Numbered from the stretch's first letter, positions 29,211 through 39,373 are shown. The stretch: 64,000 nucleotides of DNA from Gammaproteobacteria bacterium (GCA_965116495.1 OZ220696.1:1216001-1280000); one strand, 5' to 3'. The notes: generated from the letters alone by a model not told the origin. Program-made: numbers and translations.

Positions 29211-29220
29211 GAAATACGCA

Positions 29221-29363
29221 GTTATCATCCAGCAATTGGCTGTTTTATTCCAATAGACCGGGTCATATTCACGCAATTCATCCAAAAGTGTCAGGAACTC
29301 ATTTCCCATTTCTGCAGGCCCTGCTGAAAGATTGATATCAAAAACACCTTCATTTGTGCGCAT
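29221..29363 (-). pseudogene. cytochrome P450, 5' part
   Basis: LDELREYDPVYWNKTANCWMIT; the rebuilt gene is 1251 nt and in frame. Confidence 0.88.
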
Positions 29364-29414
29364 AGAAAACTCCACTTAACTGGGTTAACACATCCGACAT
29401 CAAAAATTAGTATG

Positions 29415-29497
29415 GATATACGTACAACAGCCTCTTGACCTGCGCAAGAGCATATAATAGGTTTATATCGATTGCTATACTAGCATATGCTATAAGG
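29415..29497. promoter_or_regulatory. Duplicated promoter cassette, copy 2
   Basis: GATATACGTAC, CTCTTG-N7-CAAGAG (29432-29450), TAGCATATGCTA (29481-29492). Confidence 0.78.
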
Positions 29498-29602
29498 ATA
29501 AAGGCCGATGAAAAGGCAGCTAATGTTGCGGGTGCATTGCATTCACCTGCTAAAACCAGTTATATTTCAGAAAAAACAATCGGTTACGCGGGAGGATATA
29601 GC

Positions 29603-30493
29603 GTGGAAAGAGTAGGTTTTATAGGCGTGGGTATGATGGGAGGCGCTATCGCTGCGCGAATGATCGAAAACGGGGTGCCCGTGCTGGCCTACGACAACAA
29701 TCCCGGTACACTCAAGGCAGTGGCATCCAGCGGGGTGACACCCGCAGCATCCGTCAAGGAAGTTGCTGATAATGTTGAAATTATATTTGCCTGCCTGCCG
29801 GACGCAGGGATCTGCCGTAGCGTCGCGCTGGACCCCGGCGGCATCGCCGATGGTGACAGGGTGACAATTTATATCGAGACCTCCACCATGGGTGGTGAAG
29901 CGGTCATCGAAATTGCCGAAGGCCTCGCGAAACGCGGCATTACCCTGCTTGACTCACCAATCGTCGGTGGCGTACCGGCCCTGGAGGCCGGCACACTGGG
30001 CGTACTGGCCTCCGGGCCCGCAAAGGCCTTTGAACAAGCGAAATATGCGCTGGAAACGTTTGCCGGACGACTGTTTCACCTCGGAGAACAGGCCGGCATG
30101 GGACAGGCCGGAAAAGTGGTGAACAACTCCGTTGCCTACGCGGCCTTACTGGCCACCTGCGAGGCCGTTGCCGTCGGGATGAAAGCGGGCTTAAGCATGC
30201 AAACGGCCGTCGACATTATCAATCAGGGCAGTGGCGCGAATTTCTTTTCCCAAATTGTTGTTCCCAATTTCATACTGCAGGGAAAATTCGAAGGCACCGG
30301 TGCAGTCGAAATCGGCGTGAAGGACGTCAAGCTGTTCCTCGCTGAGGCAGCGCGGCTGGGCATCGACCCGCCGGTGGCCAACGCAGTATCCGCCCTTCAG
30401 AAAGCAGTTGTCGAGTCCGGCCCCCCCGGACGGGACACCATGACCTACTTCCACTATTTCAGTGACCTGGCGGGTTTGCCTCGCCAGGGTTAA
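29603..30493 (+). CDS. beta-hydroxyacid (3-hydroxyisobutyrate-type) dehydrogenase
   Basis: GFIGVGMMG, DSPIVGG, KVVNN; GGAGG RBS before the GTG. Confidence 0.88.
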   Translation: MERVGFIGVGMMGGAIAARMIENGVPVLAYDNNPGTLKAVASSGVTPAASVKEVADNVEIIFACLPDAGICRSVALDPGGIADGDRVTIYIETSTMGGEAVIEIAEGLAKRGITLLDSPIVGGVPALEAGTLGVLASGPAKAFEQAKYALETFAGRLFHLGEQAGMGQAGKVVNNSVAYAALLATCEAVAVGMKAGLSMQTAVDIINQGSGANFFSQIVVPNFILQGKFEGTGAVEIGVKDVKLFLAEAARLGIDPPVANAVSALQKAVVESGPPGRDTMTYFHYFSDLAGLPRQG

Positions 30494-30504
30494 CGTTGTA
30501 GCGT

Positions 30505-30804
30505 CTAGTCCAGCCCTTCAGCCAGTACGAACTGGACCTCGGCAGCATCTATCCGCGTATCCTTCGCTTCACTGTACTCAGGACTGTTATACCAGTTTAC
30601 AGCCTGTTCATAACTGGGAAATTTGTACACGATTACGCAAACGCCCTGTTTACCTTCAACGAACTGCTGATTGCCCCTCGATGTAACGAGCGCTTCCCCG
30701 CCAAACTGCTTTATAATCGGCACAGCCGCTTCACGGTACAACTGCAGTTTCTCGATATCGTTGATACCTTGTATCGTTACTATTGCATAACCTGCCATTC
30801 TCAT
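30505..30804 (-). CDS. DUF1330 family protein
   Basis: FGG, FPSYEQAVNWYNSPEY. Confidence 0.82.
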   Translation of the reverse strand: MRMAGYAIVTIQGINDIEKLQLYREAAVPIIKQFGGEALVTSRGNQQFVEGKQGVCVIVYKFPSYEQAVNWYNSPEYSEAKDTRIDAAEVQFVLAEGLD

Positions 30805-30828
30805 TTCTCCTGCAAGGTTTGACAAACT

Positions 30829-31710
30829 CTATGCATCACTGCTTCTTCCTGAGCCGATGAATATCAGGATAAATGCCGTGGACATCATGACCAGGCTGTA
30901 AACACTCGGGACCACGGCCCACTCAGGTTGCTCCAGGATATTCAGTGCGATCATGGCGCCCAATGCGACATTCTGGATACCGACTTCGATAGCAACGGTG
31001 AGCCGTCGTACTCTATCCAGACCAAATGCAAAAGCCAGCGCATACCCGCCCAGTAAGGTTGCAAGGTTGAAGACCAGCAGCAAAGACCAGAGACGATTCA
31101 GGTTTTGCATGAAGAAGTCAAATTCCAGCGCCACCGACCCAATGAGTAATACCAGCAGGATGAGAATACCCGCACCCCGCATCCAGCGGTCAGATCTGAC
31201 TGCAAAGCCGCGCACATATCGGCGCACCGCCATCCCGGCCAGCAGCGGAACAAATACCAGTACGAGCAATTGTATTACAGTGCTCCGGACAGGCAACGCA
31301 ACTATGTCTGCTTCACCTGCCACCTGCCGCGCACTCTGGAGAAGGTCCAGTCCAAAATGCAGCACCAGTGGTACGGTGACCAGGGCCAGGATACTGGACA
31401 TGGCTGTCAGCGTGACCGACAGGGGGATATCCGCACGGGCGAGATAGGAGACCGTATTGGAAACGACACCCCCCGGGCACACCGCCAGGATAAGAACACC
31501 AGCAGAAACGGCCAGCGGGAGTGACGTGCCGTAAAGCAGCACTATGGCAATGGCGGGTAACAATACAAACTGGCCAAACAAACCCACGAAAACCGCGCGC
31601 GGATAACGTACTACCCTGCGCCAGTCTTCGGGCACGAGTTGCATACCCATACCAAACATCAGAAGTATCAACCCTGAAGGCACAAAGATTTTATAGATCG
31701 ATTCCAGCAT
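30829..31710 (-). CDS. bile acid:sodium symporter (BASS) family
   Basis: MFGMG, CPGGVVSN, EVGIQN. Confidence 0.9.
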   Translation of the reverse strand: MLESIYKIFVPSGLILLMFGMGMQLVPEDWRRVVRYPRAVFVGLFGQFVLLPAIAIVLLYGTSLPLAVSAGVLILAVCPGGVVSNTVSYLARADIPLSVTLTAMSSILALVTVPLVLHFGLDLLQSARQVAGEADIVALPVRSTVIQLLVLVFVPLLAGMAVRRYVRGFAVRSDRWMRGAGILILLVLLIGSVALEFDFFMQNLNRLWSLLLVFNLATLLGGYALAFAFGLDRVRRLTVAIEVGIQNVALGAMIALNILEQPEWAVVPSVYSLVMMSTAFILIFIGSGRSSDA

Positions 31711-31784
31711 ATATTGTCGCCCATCGTGTGGTTGCAGACTTTGTATTAATTCCGGCTTGCAGGTTTCCAACAATAAGTTTATTG

Positions 31785-31796
31785 TAGCATGTGCTA
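31785..31796. promoter_or_regulatory. Regulon operator
   Basis: TAGCATGTGCTA between the divergent BASS and CoA-transferase genes. Confidence 0.7.
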
Positions 31797-31834
31797 TATT
31801 CGTTACAACCCGTGAGGCCGGGAGAAAAAATCAA

Positions 31835-32863
31835 GTGAGCCGTTCTGCATCAGTACTGGAGGGTCTTTCTGTTGCCGATTTCGGGCTGGGCATGCCGGCC
31901 GCCCTGGTGTGCAAGTTCCTGCGGGAGGCCGGCGCAAAGATCAGCCGGATTGAACCCCCGGCGGGCGACCCGTTCTACGACATTTACCCGGCTTACCAGG
32001 TCTGGCAACAGCACAAGGAGATACTACCCGCCGGCGCGGGTGCTGATGCCGCAATACAACTTGCCGCAGATGTCGACATTTGCGTTATCGGCGGTGAGGG
32101 CCATCCGGACATGGAATGGAGTTTTGACCCGCTTGAACTTGTCGAGACCAATCCGCGCCTGGTGGTGGTCAACATCGAAGCCGCACCTGAAATCACAGGG
32201 GAAGCGCCCCTGCCCGCGGACGAATTGCTTGCACAGGCCCGGTCTGGCTTCAGTTACGAACATTTCAGTGATCGACCTGTAATGTTCAACTTTCCGGTGG
32301 CAACCTACGGGGCTGTTCTTAATGCCTTATTCGGCGTATTTGCCGCACTTGTCCACCGTGAGCAAAGCGGCGAGGGACAGGTGGTTTCCGTCTCGCTGGT
32401 AGAAGGCGCTCTTGATGCATGCCGCTCCAGTTGGTTCACGGCTGAAAATCCAGACCGACATTTCATGGCTGCCGTCCCCAAGAACTCGCGCATGACCATA
32501 TTCAGATGTGCCGACGGAAAATACGTCCACCTGATGATGGGAACGCCGGGGGCGAAGGAACGATTTTACAAGCTGCTTGATCTTAAACCCGGCGAATTCA
32601 CCGATACACTCGATGACCGGGGTATGCCGACCGGCATGGGCGACCCATCCACGTTCTGGGGCGATATTGACGCATTCTCTATGCGGATTTCGAAGTACAA
32701 CAGTGACGAATTTATCAAGTTGTTATGGGACAACGGGTTCCCATGCTCTCTCGCACAAAAACCAGGCGACTGCTGGGACGATGCCCAGGTTGCTGCCAAT
32801 GAAATTCTTGAGACAGATGAAGCCGATCGTCAGTACGTGGGATTTCCACTCAAGGGGCTATAA
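31835..32863 (+). CDS. family III CoA-transferase-like subunit (degenerate)
   Basis: RIEPPAGDP, FRCADG; PVATY where active enzymes have the catalytic Asp. Confidence 0.78.
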   Translation: MSRSASVLEGLSVADFGLGMPAALVCKFLREAGAKISRIEPPAGDPFYDIYPAYQVWQQHKEILPAGAGADAAIQLAADVDICVIGGEGHPDMEWSFDPLELVETNPRLVVVNIEAAPEITGEAPLPADELLAQARSGFSYEHFSDRPVMFNFPVATYGAVLNALFGVFAALVHREQSGEGQVVSVSLVEGALDACRSSWFTAENPDRHFMAAVPKNSRMTIFRCADGKYVHLMMGTPGAKERFYKLLDLKPGEFTDTLDDRGMPTGMGDPSTFWGDIDAFSMRISKYNSDEFIKLLWDNGFPCSLAQKPGDCWDDAQVAANEILETDEADRQYVGFPLKGL

Positions 32864-32909
32864 CGTTGAAGCGATCATTATCACAGACGGCTAGCGAGGA
32901 TGGTTCCCG

Positions 32910-34067
32910 GTGAATGCACCTTTGAAAGGACTGCGTATTGTTGACCTTGGCATGTATGTGGCCGGACCATATGCCTCGGTACCCATAGCGGACCTGGGCG
33001 CTGACGTCATCAAGATCGAACCCCTGACCGGTGACCCCAACCGGGTCATGTGGCGCCCGTTTGCCAGTTGTAACCGGGGCAAGCGGTCCATTCTCATCGA
33101 TCTGAAACAAGCGGGGGGAATCGAGATAGCCAAAAAAATCTGTATCGCTGCAGACGTGGTCTCCCACAATTTTCGGCCGGGAGTCGCCGAGCGCCTGGGA
33201 CTGGGATACGAACAACTCAGCAAACAAAACCCGGGGCTGACTTACATGGAATCCTGTGCCTACGGCGATACCGGTCCCATGTCAAAGATGCCGGGTTTCG
33301 ACATGATGATACAGGCCATGTGCGGCCTGGAAGCCCATTGCGGTGGTGAAGGTAATGAACCCCTGTGGATGCGCTGGGCGCCTGTTGATTTTACCTGTGC
33401 TTACCTGAGCACAATCGGTATGATGGCAGGGCATTACCGCAAGTTGCGATCGGGCAAGGGCAGCCGCGTTACCACGAATTTGCTCGACGCCGGGATATTC
33501 CTGTTCTCAGAGCTGCTGCGGGACGGCCGGGATAAGGCCAGCCAACTGGCGCAGATGAATTCCAGCATGACAGGCGTCCACCCGGCGCGCTCGATTTACC
33601 GGACACAGGATGGCTGGGTGGCGATCGTTGCACGAACCGATGAACAAGGTTTGGCCCTGGCAGAAGCGCTGGGCGCTGCAAAGGCATCCACTGCACTACC
33701 GGATGACTGGGGTGATGAAGAATACCAGGAAATATCAACCGCTGCGGCCCGCCACAATAACCGGGACCTGATTGCACTATTGAATGAGGCCGGTGTGTGG
33801 GCAGAGGCATGCCGCGACGATTTCAATGACACATTGTTTAACTCCGGGGCATGGAAAGATTCCGGATTGCTGCGCGAATACCCGCACGGAGAGCGCGGCA
33901 ACATCAAGCAGATAGGTAACTGCGTACGGTTTTCCGGCATGGAGCCTGACCTGGAAAGCACCGGCCGTGCGGCAATTCCGGGGGAGGACACCAGGGAAAT
34001 ACTTGCCGAATTCGATTATTCCGACGCACAGATCGACGATTTGTACAGCCGGAATATCGTTGCCTAG
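32910..34067 (+). CDS. family III (CaiB/BaiF) CoA-transferase
   Basis: AGPYA, DLGADVIKIE, NRGKRS, NFRPG, GFD, PVDF. Confidence 0.9.
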   Translation: MNAPLKGLRIVDLGMYVAGPYASVPIADLGADVIKIEPLTGDPNRVMWRPFASCNRGKRSILIDLKQAGGIEIAKKICIAADVVSHNFRPGVAERLGLGYEQLSKQNPGLTYMESCAYGDTGPMSKMPGFDMMIQAMCGLEAHCGGEGNEPLWMRWAPVDFTCAYLSTIGMMAGHYRKLRSGKGSRVTTNLLDAGIFLFSELLRDGRDKASQLAQMNSSMTGVHPARSIYRTQDGWVAIVARTDEQGLALAEALGAAKASTALPDDWGDEEYQEISTAAARHNNRDLIALLNEAGVWAEACRDDFNDTLFNSGAWKDSGLLREYPHGERGNIKQIGNCVRFSGMEPDLESTGRAAIPGEDTREILAEFDYSDAQIDDLYSRNIVA

Positions 34068-34077
34068 GAGTTGTCAT

Positions 34078-35220
34078 TTGGGACCGCTGGAAGGCATTAG
34101 GGTCATCGAGATGGCAGGCATCGGGCCCGGCCCGTTCTGCGCAATGCTGCTTGCCGACCTGGGGGCAGACGTGGTACGCGTGGACCGCATGGCCGGTAAC
34201 AGCGATGCAGTTGATCGCGACACCCGCTTCCAGCTCATGAACCGTAACCGCCGCTCAATCAAAATGGATATCAAGAATCCCGAGGCGGTTGCCACCGTGC
34301 TCGACATGTGCCGGAACGCGGATGCGTTGCTGGAGGGGTTCCGGCCGGGCGTTATGGAGCGGTTGGGACTGGGTCCGGATGTATGCCTGGAAGCAAATCC
34401 CGCCCTGGTGTACGCACGCATGACGGGCTGGGGGCAGGACGGGCCTCTGTCCAGGCGGGCCGGGCACGACATCAATTACGTGGCTATCTCCGGTATCCTC
34501 AGCATGCTGGGGCGCAGTAATGAAAACCCCCTCCCCCCCCTGAACATCATCGGCGACATGGCAGGCGGCGGACTGTTGATGGCTTACGGCATAGTCTGCG
34601 CGCTACTGAATGCAAAACTGACCGGTAAAGGTCAAATCGTCGATACGGCCATGACCGAAGGATCGGCACTGATGGCGGCCGCAATTTATGGCCTTCGGGG
34701 TGCGGGAATCTGGCAGGACGAGCGGGGCGTCAATTTGCTTGACGGCGCCCCCCATTTTTACGATGTGTACGCAACTGCCGATGTTGGCTTCATGGCGGTT
34801 GGCGCAATCGAGCCGCAATTCTATGCCGAGCTGCTGGATGGCCTCGAACTGGACCCGGCCGACTTGCCCAAACAAATGGACAGCACGCACTGGCCGGAAA
34901 TGAAACGACGCTTCACGCACCTGTTCAGGCAAAAGACAAGAGACGAGTGGACCTCGATATTCGAGAACAAGGATGCCTGCGTTACCCCGGTTTTAAGTCT
35001 GACCGAAGCCGCTGAGCACCCCCACAACAGGCACCGGGGGACCTATGCAAGCCCGGATGGTGTACTGCAGGCAGTGCCTGCGCCCAAATTCAGCCGTACT
35101 CCCGGAGGCCTCGAGTCGCTTCCACCGCAACCCGGGGAGCACACGGAGTCCGTACTCCTGGCCTATGGCTTTGCGGACGCAGAGATCGCCAGGCTCAGGA
35201 GCGCCGGCGCAATCGGATAA
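34078..35220 (+). CDS. alpha-methylacyl-CoA racemase-like (CaiB/BaiF)
   Basis: AGIGPGPF, AGHDINY, GDMAGGG, GAIEPQFY. Confidence 0.87.
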   Translation: MGPLEGIRVIEMAGIGPGPFCAMLLADLGADVVRVDRMAGNSDAVDRDTRFQLMNRNRRSIKMDIKNPEAVATVLDMCRNADALLEGFRPGVMERLGLGPDVCLEANPALVYARMTGWGQDGPLSRRAGHDINYVAISGILSMLGRSNENPLPPLNIIGDMAGGGLLMAYGIVCALLNAKLTGKGQIVDTAMTEGSALMAAAIYGLRGAGIWQDERGVNLLDGAPHFYDVYATADVGFMAVGAIEPQFYAELLDGLELDPADLPKQMDSTHWPEMKRRFTHLFRQKTRDEWTSIFENKDACVTPVLSLTEAAEHPHNRHRGTYASPDGVLQAVPAPKFSRTPGGLESLPPQPGEHTESVLLAYGFADAEIARLRSAGAIG

Positions 35221-35229
35221 CGGCAAGGG

Positions 35230-35679
35230 TCAGTGTCCGCTTTTGGAATTATGAACATGCTTCAGGTACCAGTTGCCATCCTGTTTGATCCAGACGGAAG
35301 TGACGCGGGCAGTGTGCGGGGGCACATTGTTGTCTTTATCAGGGCGTTCTATCGTTCCGGTGCGATAATAGACGGCATAGGCCATGTTTCCGGATACATA
35401 GGTTTCGATATGCTGCAGGGCGACATTTACCGCAAGTCCGTTTTCAATAAGGTTTTTCAGCAGGTTGACCGGGATGTCGATTATAACTCCACCGCGGCTG
35501 GAAAACTCGGTAAACCCTTCAGGCAACAGATAGCCTTCGACGGTCTTGAAGTCACCATTATTCAAGGCCGTATAAAAGTCAGACACTGCCTGCTGGACCT
35601 CTTCCTTGTCAGCAGCGGCGCCGGGAAATGAAAATGTTAATGAAAGAAAGAAACCTGTGAGCAGCTTTTTCAATTTCAA
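35230..35679 (-). CDS. exported NTF2/SnoaL-like (DUF4440-like) protein
   Basis: Signal peptide; FYTALNNGD, TSVWIKQDGNW..HVHNS. Confidence 0.75.
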   Translation of the reverse strand: MKLKKLLTGFFLSLTFSFPGAAADKEEVQQAVSDFYTALNNGDFKTVEGYLLPEGFTEFSSRGGVIIDIPVNLLKNLIENGLAVNVALQHIETYVSGNMAYAVYYRTGTIERPDKDNNVPPHTARVTSVWIKQDGNWYLKHVHNSKSGH

Positions 35680-35797
35680 CCCCTATTGTCGGCCTCGCTC
35701 CAGAATAGCCATTGAATGCAGGGAATACAAGGAAGAGGCTAAGCATTATACCCGGGGTGTAACAAATGATCGGTAGCGACACAGTAGTTTTACAGAC

Positions 35798-36547
35798 ATG
35801 AATAAGCAATTACAAACCTTGCCGGACAAACAGGCCATTGGTGAAATGATGTGTGTCTGGGCGGGGTTCGTCAGTATTACGCTCTTTGTAATTACATGGA
35901 TAGTCGCTGTGGAATGGCTATTTCCGCCACCGCCAGACTTGAACGCGACTGAAATAACGGATGTATACCTGAAAAATACAATCGGGATAAAAATTGGCAC
36001 TGCGGTAATAACCAATTTTGCCGCACCGTTAACACTCGTATTTGCGGCAATTATCACAATTTACATGTTGCGAATGAAAGGCCCATCTCCCGTACTTGCG
36101 TATATTAACCTCGCTACCTCAGCCATACAGGTATTGATCTTTATTATCCCGACGGAAATTTTTGCAGCGACGGCATTTCGTCTCGACAGGAACCAGGAGA
36201 TTACCCAGTTTGGCAATGACCTGGGCTGGCTAATTTTTGACAACGTGGTGGGCCCAACCCAGGTGCAGTGGCTGGCGATTGCCCTGGCAATCCTTTGGGA
36301 TAAGAGTGAGCAGCCACTATTTCCCCGTTGGTTTGCCTGGTTCAACATATGGGGCGCCACGGTTATCCTGCTTAATAATCTTGTCCTCTTTTTTAAGACC
36401 GGGCCCTTTGCCTGGAATGGTTTACTCGGCTGGTGGCCAGGCGCCGGTATATTTTGTTTGTGGTACTACGTCGCTTTTTATGTCATGTTCAAGGCAGTGC
36501 AAAAGCACCATCGTCTAATCGCAAATCAAACAACGCATAAAAACTGA
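35798..36547 (+). CDS. hypothetical integral membrane protein
   Basis: About 6 hydrophobic segments; NDLGW, FPRW, GPFAWNG. Confidence 0.75.
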   Translation: MNKQLQTLPDKQAIGEMMCVWAGFVSITLFVITWIVAVEWLFPPPPDLNATEITDVYLKNTIGIKIGTAVITNFAAPLTLVFAAIITIYMLRMKGPSPVLAYINLATSAIQVLIFIIPTEIFAATAFRLDRNQEITQFGNDLGWLIFDNVVGPTQVQWLAIALAILWDKSEQPLFPRWFAWFNIWGATVILLNNLVLFFKTGPFAWNGLLGWWPGAGIFCLWYYVAFYVMFKAVQKHHRLIANQTTHKN

Positions 36548-36679
36548 AGCTTAAGGAAAATATATAAATGTTTCGCCTGTAGTACGCATACCCACCTCTT
36601 TTTTCGAGTAGTTTCCCGACTCTTGAAATCGGCAACAGCCTGGTCTTTTAATGTTCGGGGATTATATCCGTCACTAATA

Positions 36680-36691
36680 TAACAAATGCTA
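36680..36691. promoter_or_regulatory. Degenerate regulon operator
   Basis: TAACAAATGCTA inside TATA flanks, upstream of the GST. Confidence 0.6.
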
Positions 36692-36767
36692 TATAATATT
36701 CCATCACTCGGTGAAAATAAGCAAAGTGACATTGCTCTCATAGAGCATTTGATATATTATTGTCCAG

Positions 36768-37385
36768 ATGAATGGAAGCACGATTATAAAGATATACGGT
36801 TCTGTCCTGTCTCGTGCGAATCGATGCCTATGGGTGCTTGAAGAGCTGGGGCTGGATTACGAACACGTAAACATTGACCCCCGGTCCGGGGAAACCCGGT
36901 CGGCAGCATACCTGGCGCTGAATCCAAGCGGTAAGGTTCCGGTTATGGTGGAAGAAAAGTTTGTCCTGACCGAATCCATGGCCATTACCCGCTATCTTGC
37001 CGGCAAGTTACCCACACGGTTATTGCCGGCCGATCCCGTGTCGCGGGCTAAGATTGATCAATGGACCCTCTGGGCCGTCACCGAAGTCGAACCATTTGCC
37101 ACTTTGGTGGTACGGGAAAAGAGACTTGGCGACTCAGCTGATCCGGGCCTCACCGGCAAATGCAAAGAACATGTAAGCAAGGCGCTTGAAACTATCGAAT
37201 CCTGCCTGACGGACAGCGGTGATTATTTAATGGGCGACAATTTCTGCCTGGCGGATCTGAATGTCGCCGCTGTGGTCTATATGGTCCCCGTGATCGGAAT
37301 CGATATGGAGACAGCGCCGAGGACTTCCGCATGGTTGCAACGCTGTCTGAAGCGTCCCGCCTGGCTCAAGCTCCAGGACCTGTAG
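36768..37385 (+). CDS. glutathione S-transferase
   Basis: LNPSGKVP, ESMAI, FCLADL. Confidence 0.9.
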   Translation: MNGSTIIKIYGSVLSRANRCLWVLEELGLDYEHVNIDPRSGETRSAAYLALNPSGKVPVMVEEKFVLTESMAITRYLAGKLPTRLLPADPVSRAKIDQWTLWAVTEVEPFATLVVREKRLGDSADPGLTGKCKEHVSKALETIESCLTDSGDYLMGDNFCLADLNVAAVVYMVPVIGIDMETAPRTSAWLQRCLKRPAWLKLQDL

Positions 37386-37446
37386 CACTTGCAGCACGCC
37401 TCGTTATGAGTCCCCCTGCGAAAAAACAATGACTCGGGAGGGAGTT

Positions 37447-38283
37447 ATGCCTGAATATAATCTTGCGGGTAAACGAGTCATCGTCACAGGCGCCGCCCGG
37501 GGGCTTGGGCGGCCCGTCGCGATCGCTTATGTCAAGGCAGGGGCTCAGGTCTTGTTTACCGCGACTGACAAACAGATGCTCGATGAAGCTCGGGAAGATA
37601 GTGGCGGCAGCCCTGACCAGGCGATTGCTCTGGCTGCTGACCTGACGGACCAAACCAGCATCCAGCGTATTGTTGCCACTGCCAGAGAGACTTTCGGCGG
37701 GGTTGATGTTTTATTCAATAATGCCGGTTTGTCGACCACTGCTATTCGGCCGGATTTTTTTCGAAATCCGTTAAAGTTCTGGGAAGTCGACGATGAGGAC
37801 TATCGCCGGTTTTTCGAGGTCAATACTTTGTCGGCACTTGAATTGTCATGCCTGGTGGCACCCGAAATGATGGCCAGGGGGTGGGGACGCATAGTCTGTA
37901 ACACCACCAGCCTTGACACCATGTTACGGCCTGGAAATACCCCCTATGGCGGCTCCAAGGCTGCATTGGAAGCGATGACGGCCTGTATGGCGGGAGACCT
38001 GGAAGGTACCGGTGTTACTGCGAATATATTGGTACCTGGCGGCCCGGCAAATACACAAATGATTCCTGAAGATATGGGGCTGCCCAAGGATCAGTTAATC
38101 AGCGCAGACTGTTTGGTTGGGCCGGCATTATGGCTGGCTTCTGATTTTTCTGACGGGGTGACCGCCTGCCGTTTTAGAGGTGTTGCCTGGGACAGTAATG
38201 CTTCTTTGGATGAAGCTTTGGCCGAATCTAAAGCGCCCATTGCCTGGACCGGGTTCGGCGCACAGGCGATTATACCTGACTGA
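37447..38283 (+). CDS. SDR family oxidoreductase
   Basis: TGAARGLG, NNAG, YGGSK. Confidence 0.92.
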   Translation: MPEYNLAGKRVIVTGAARGLGRPVAIAYVKAGAQVLFTATDKQMLDEAREDSGGSPDQAIALAADLTDQTSIQRIVATARETFGGVDVLFNNAGLSTTAIRPDFFRNPLKFWEVDDEDYRRFFEVNTLSALELSCLVAPEMMARGWGRIVCNTTSLDTMLRPGNTPYGGSKAALEAMTACMAGDLEGTGVTANILVPGGPANTQMIPEDMGLPKDQLISADCLVGPALWLASDFSDGVTACRFRGVAWDSNASLDEALAESKAPIAWTGFGAQAIIPD

Positions 38284-38383
38284 GTTATTTACCTGTTCCT
38301 AATAACAAAGCAGAACACAAATCACGAACCTGCGGCAAATGGGCTGTTGAAAGCGGCAACACTTTATCAGAGGGACCTGGAAA

Positions 38384-39373
38384 TCATGTAATTGCCCTGG
38401 TGGGACGGATCCGCTCCAGCCAGCCGTAGCCCGTTTCACCATCCCAGGTATAGATAGCGGGACATTCTATGGCCGTCATGTACCCGGCATTCGAAAGATC
38501 GAGACCGGGTCTCAGGCCCGTTGGCGGCAGCAGGTTGAACGGTACGAACCGGGCATTCGGCACTTCACACTTGAGCTCCGCCTGTCCGGCATCCGTTTGC
38601 AGTCGCACCACTCCGATATGTGGGTTGCCGGCGGTATCCACCAGGTCGGGATAGCAATCGGAGGCGGCAATCCGCATCTGTCCTTTTTCAAATACCTGAC
38701 CCTTCAATATCTGCACTTCCTGCCGGCTGACCTGCAACAGGCTGAAAACCTTTCCGCTGGGAAAGGCGCAATGTGCCCAGGTTTCGGAGTCCAGGGTCCT
38801 GAACGTTCGACGGCTGACCGAGTGATCGCGATAGCCGGTACAGCTGACCTCGATACGTTTACCTCCAATAACAAAGTATCCCCTGACCAGGGCACCCTGT
38901 TCCAGGTGCATACGTTCCGAGCCCAGGTTGGAATCGTGCATATTGTAAACAGGTTGGACTGCATCATAGACCAGGTGATACGACACGGCTTCTGACGGTT
39001 CGACACCAATCGGGCGCGTACGTAGCACGTTGGCATCCGCCCGCTGCATGGTGCCTTCAAAGCGGTATTGCCATACCTTGTTGGCGATGATCGGTTTACA
39101 TTCGTATTCACTGTTTCGCGCCTGGCTTGTGTTGACGCCCAGGCTGCGATTGACCAGCACCCCGCCTTCCGGCAGAAAGACCAGGGACAAGCCTTCCCAC
39201 ATGGACCGGTCCGGCTGCATCCGTCCCATATGACCATACAGGCAAATGCCGGTGCCGGGGTCGTGCATGGTCCAGCAAATATTCTCCGTCCAGTCAGGCT
39301 TATCTGACGGGATTTCGGTGCGGATCAGATCAATGGCAATGTCGACCTTGTTGTGTAATTCTGTACTGTTCAT
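38384..39373 (-). CDS. hypothetical protein, AttH/tocopherol-cyclase-like (DUF7064/7065-like)
   Basis: WTEN..W, HLEQ, GYRDHS, GETGYGWLE; paralog of 41834..42838. Confidence 0.6.
   Translation of the reverse strand: MNSTELHNKVDIAIDLIRTEIPSDKPDWTENICWTMHDPGTGICLYGHMGRMQPDRSMWEGLSLVFLPEGGVLVNRSLGVNTSQARNSEYECKPIIANKVWQYRFEGTMQRADANVLRTRPIGVEPSEAVSYHLVYDAVQPVYNMHDSNLGSERMHLEQGALVRGYFVIGGKRIEVSCTGYRDHSVSRRTFRTLDSETWAHCAFPSGKVFSLLQVSRQEVQILKGQVFEKGQMRIAASDCYPDLVDTAGNPHIGVVRLQTDAGQAELKCEVPNARFVPFNLLPPTGLRPGLDLSNAGYMTAIECPAIYTWDGETGYGWLERIRPTRAIT

Larger units (their letters stand above)
26616..29220 (-). mobile_element. IS21-family element (2605 bp)
   Basis: IRs TGCGTATTTCAC/GTGAAATACGCA; 8-bp target duplication GTTATCAT (26608-26615, 29221-29228); multiple subterminal repeats. 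Confidence 0.95.
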
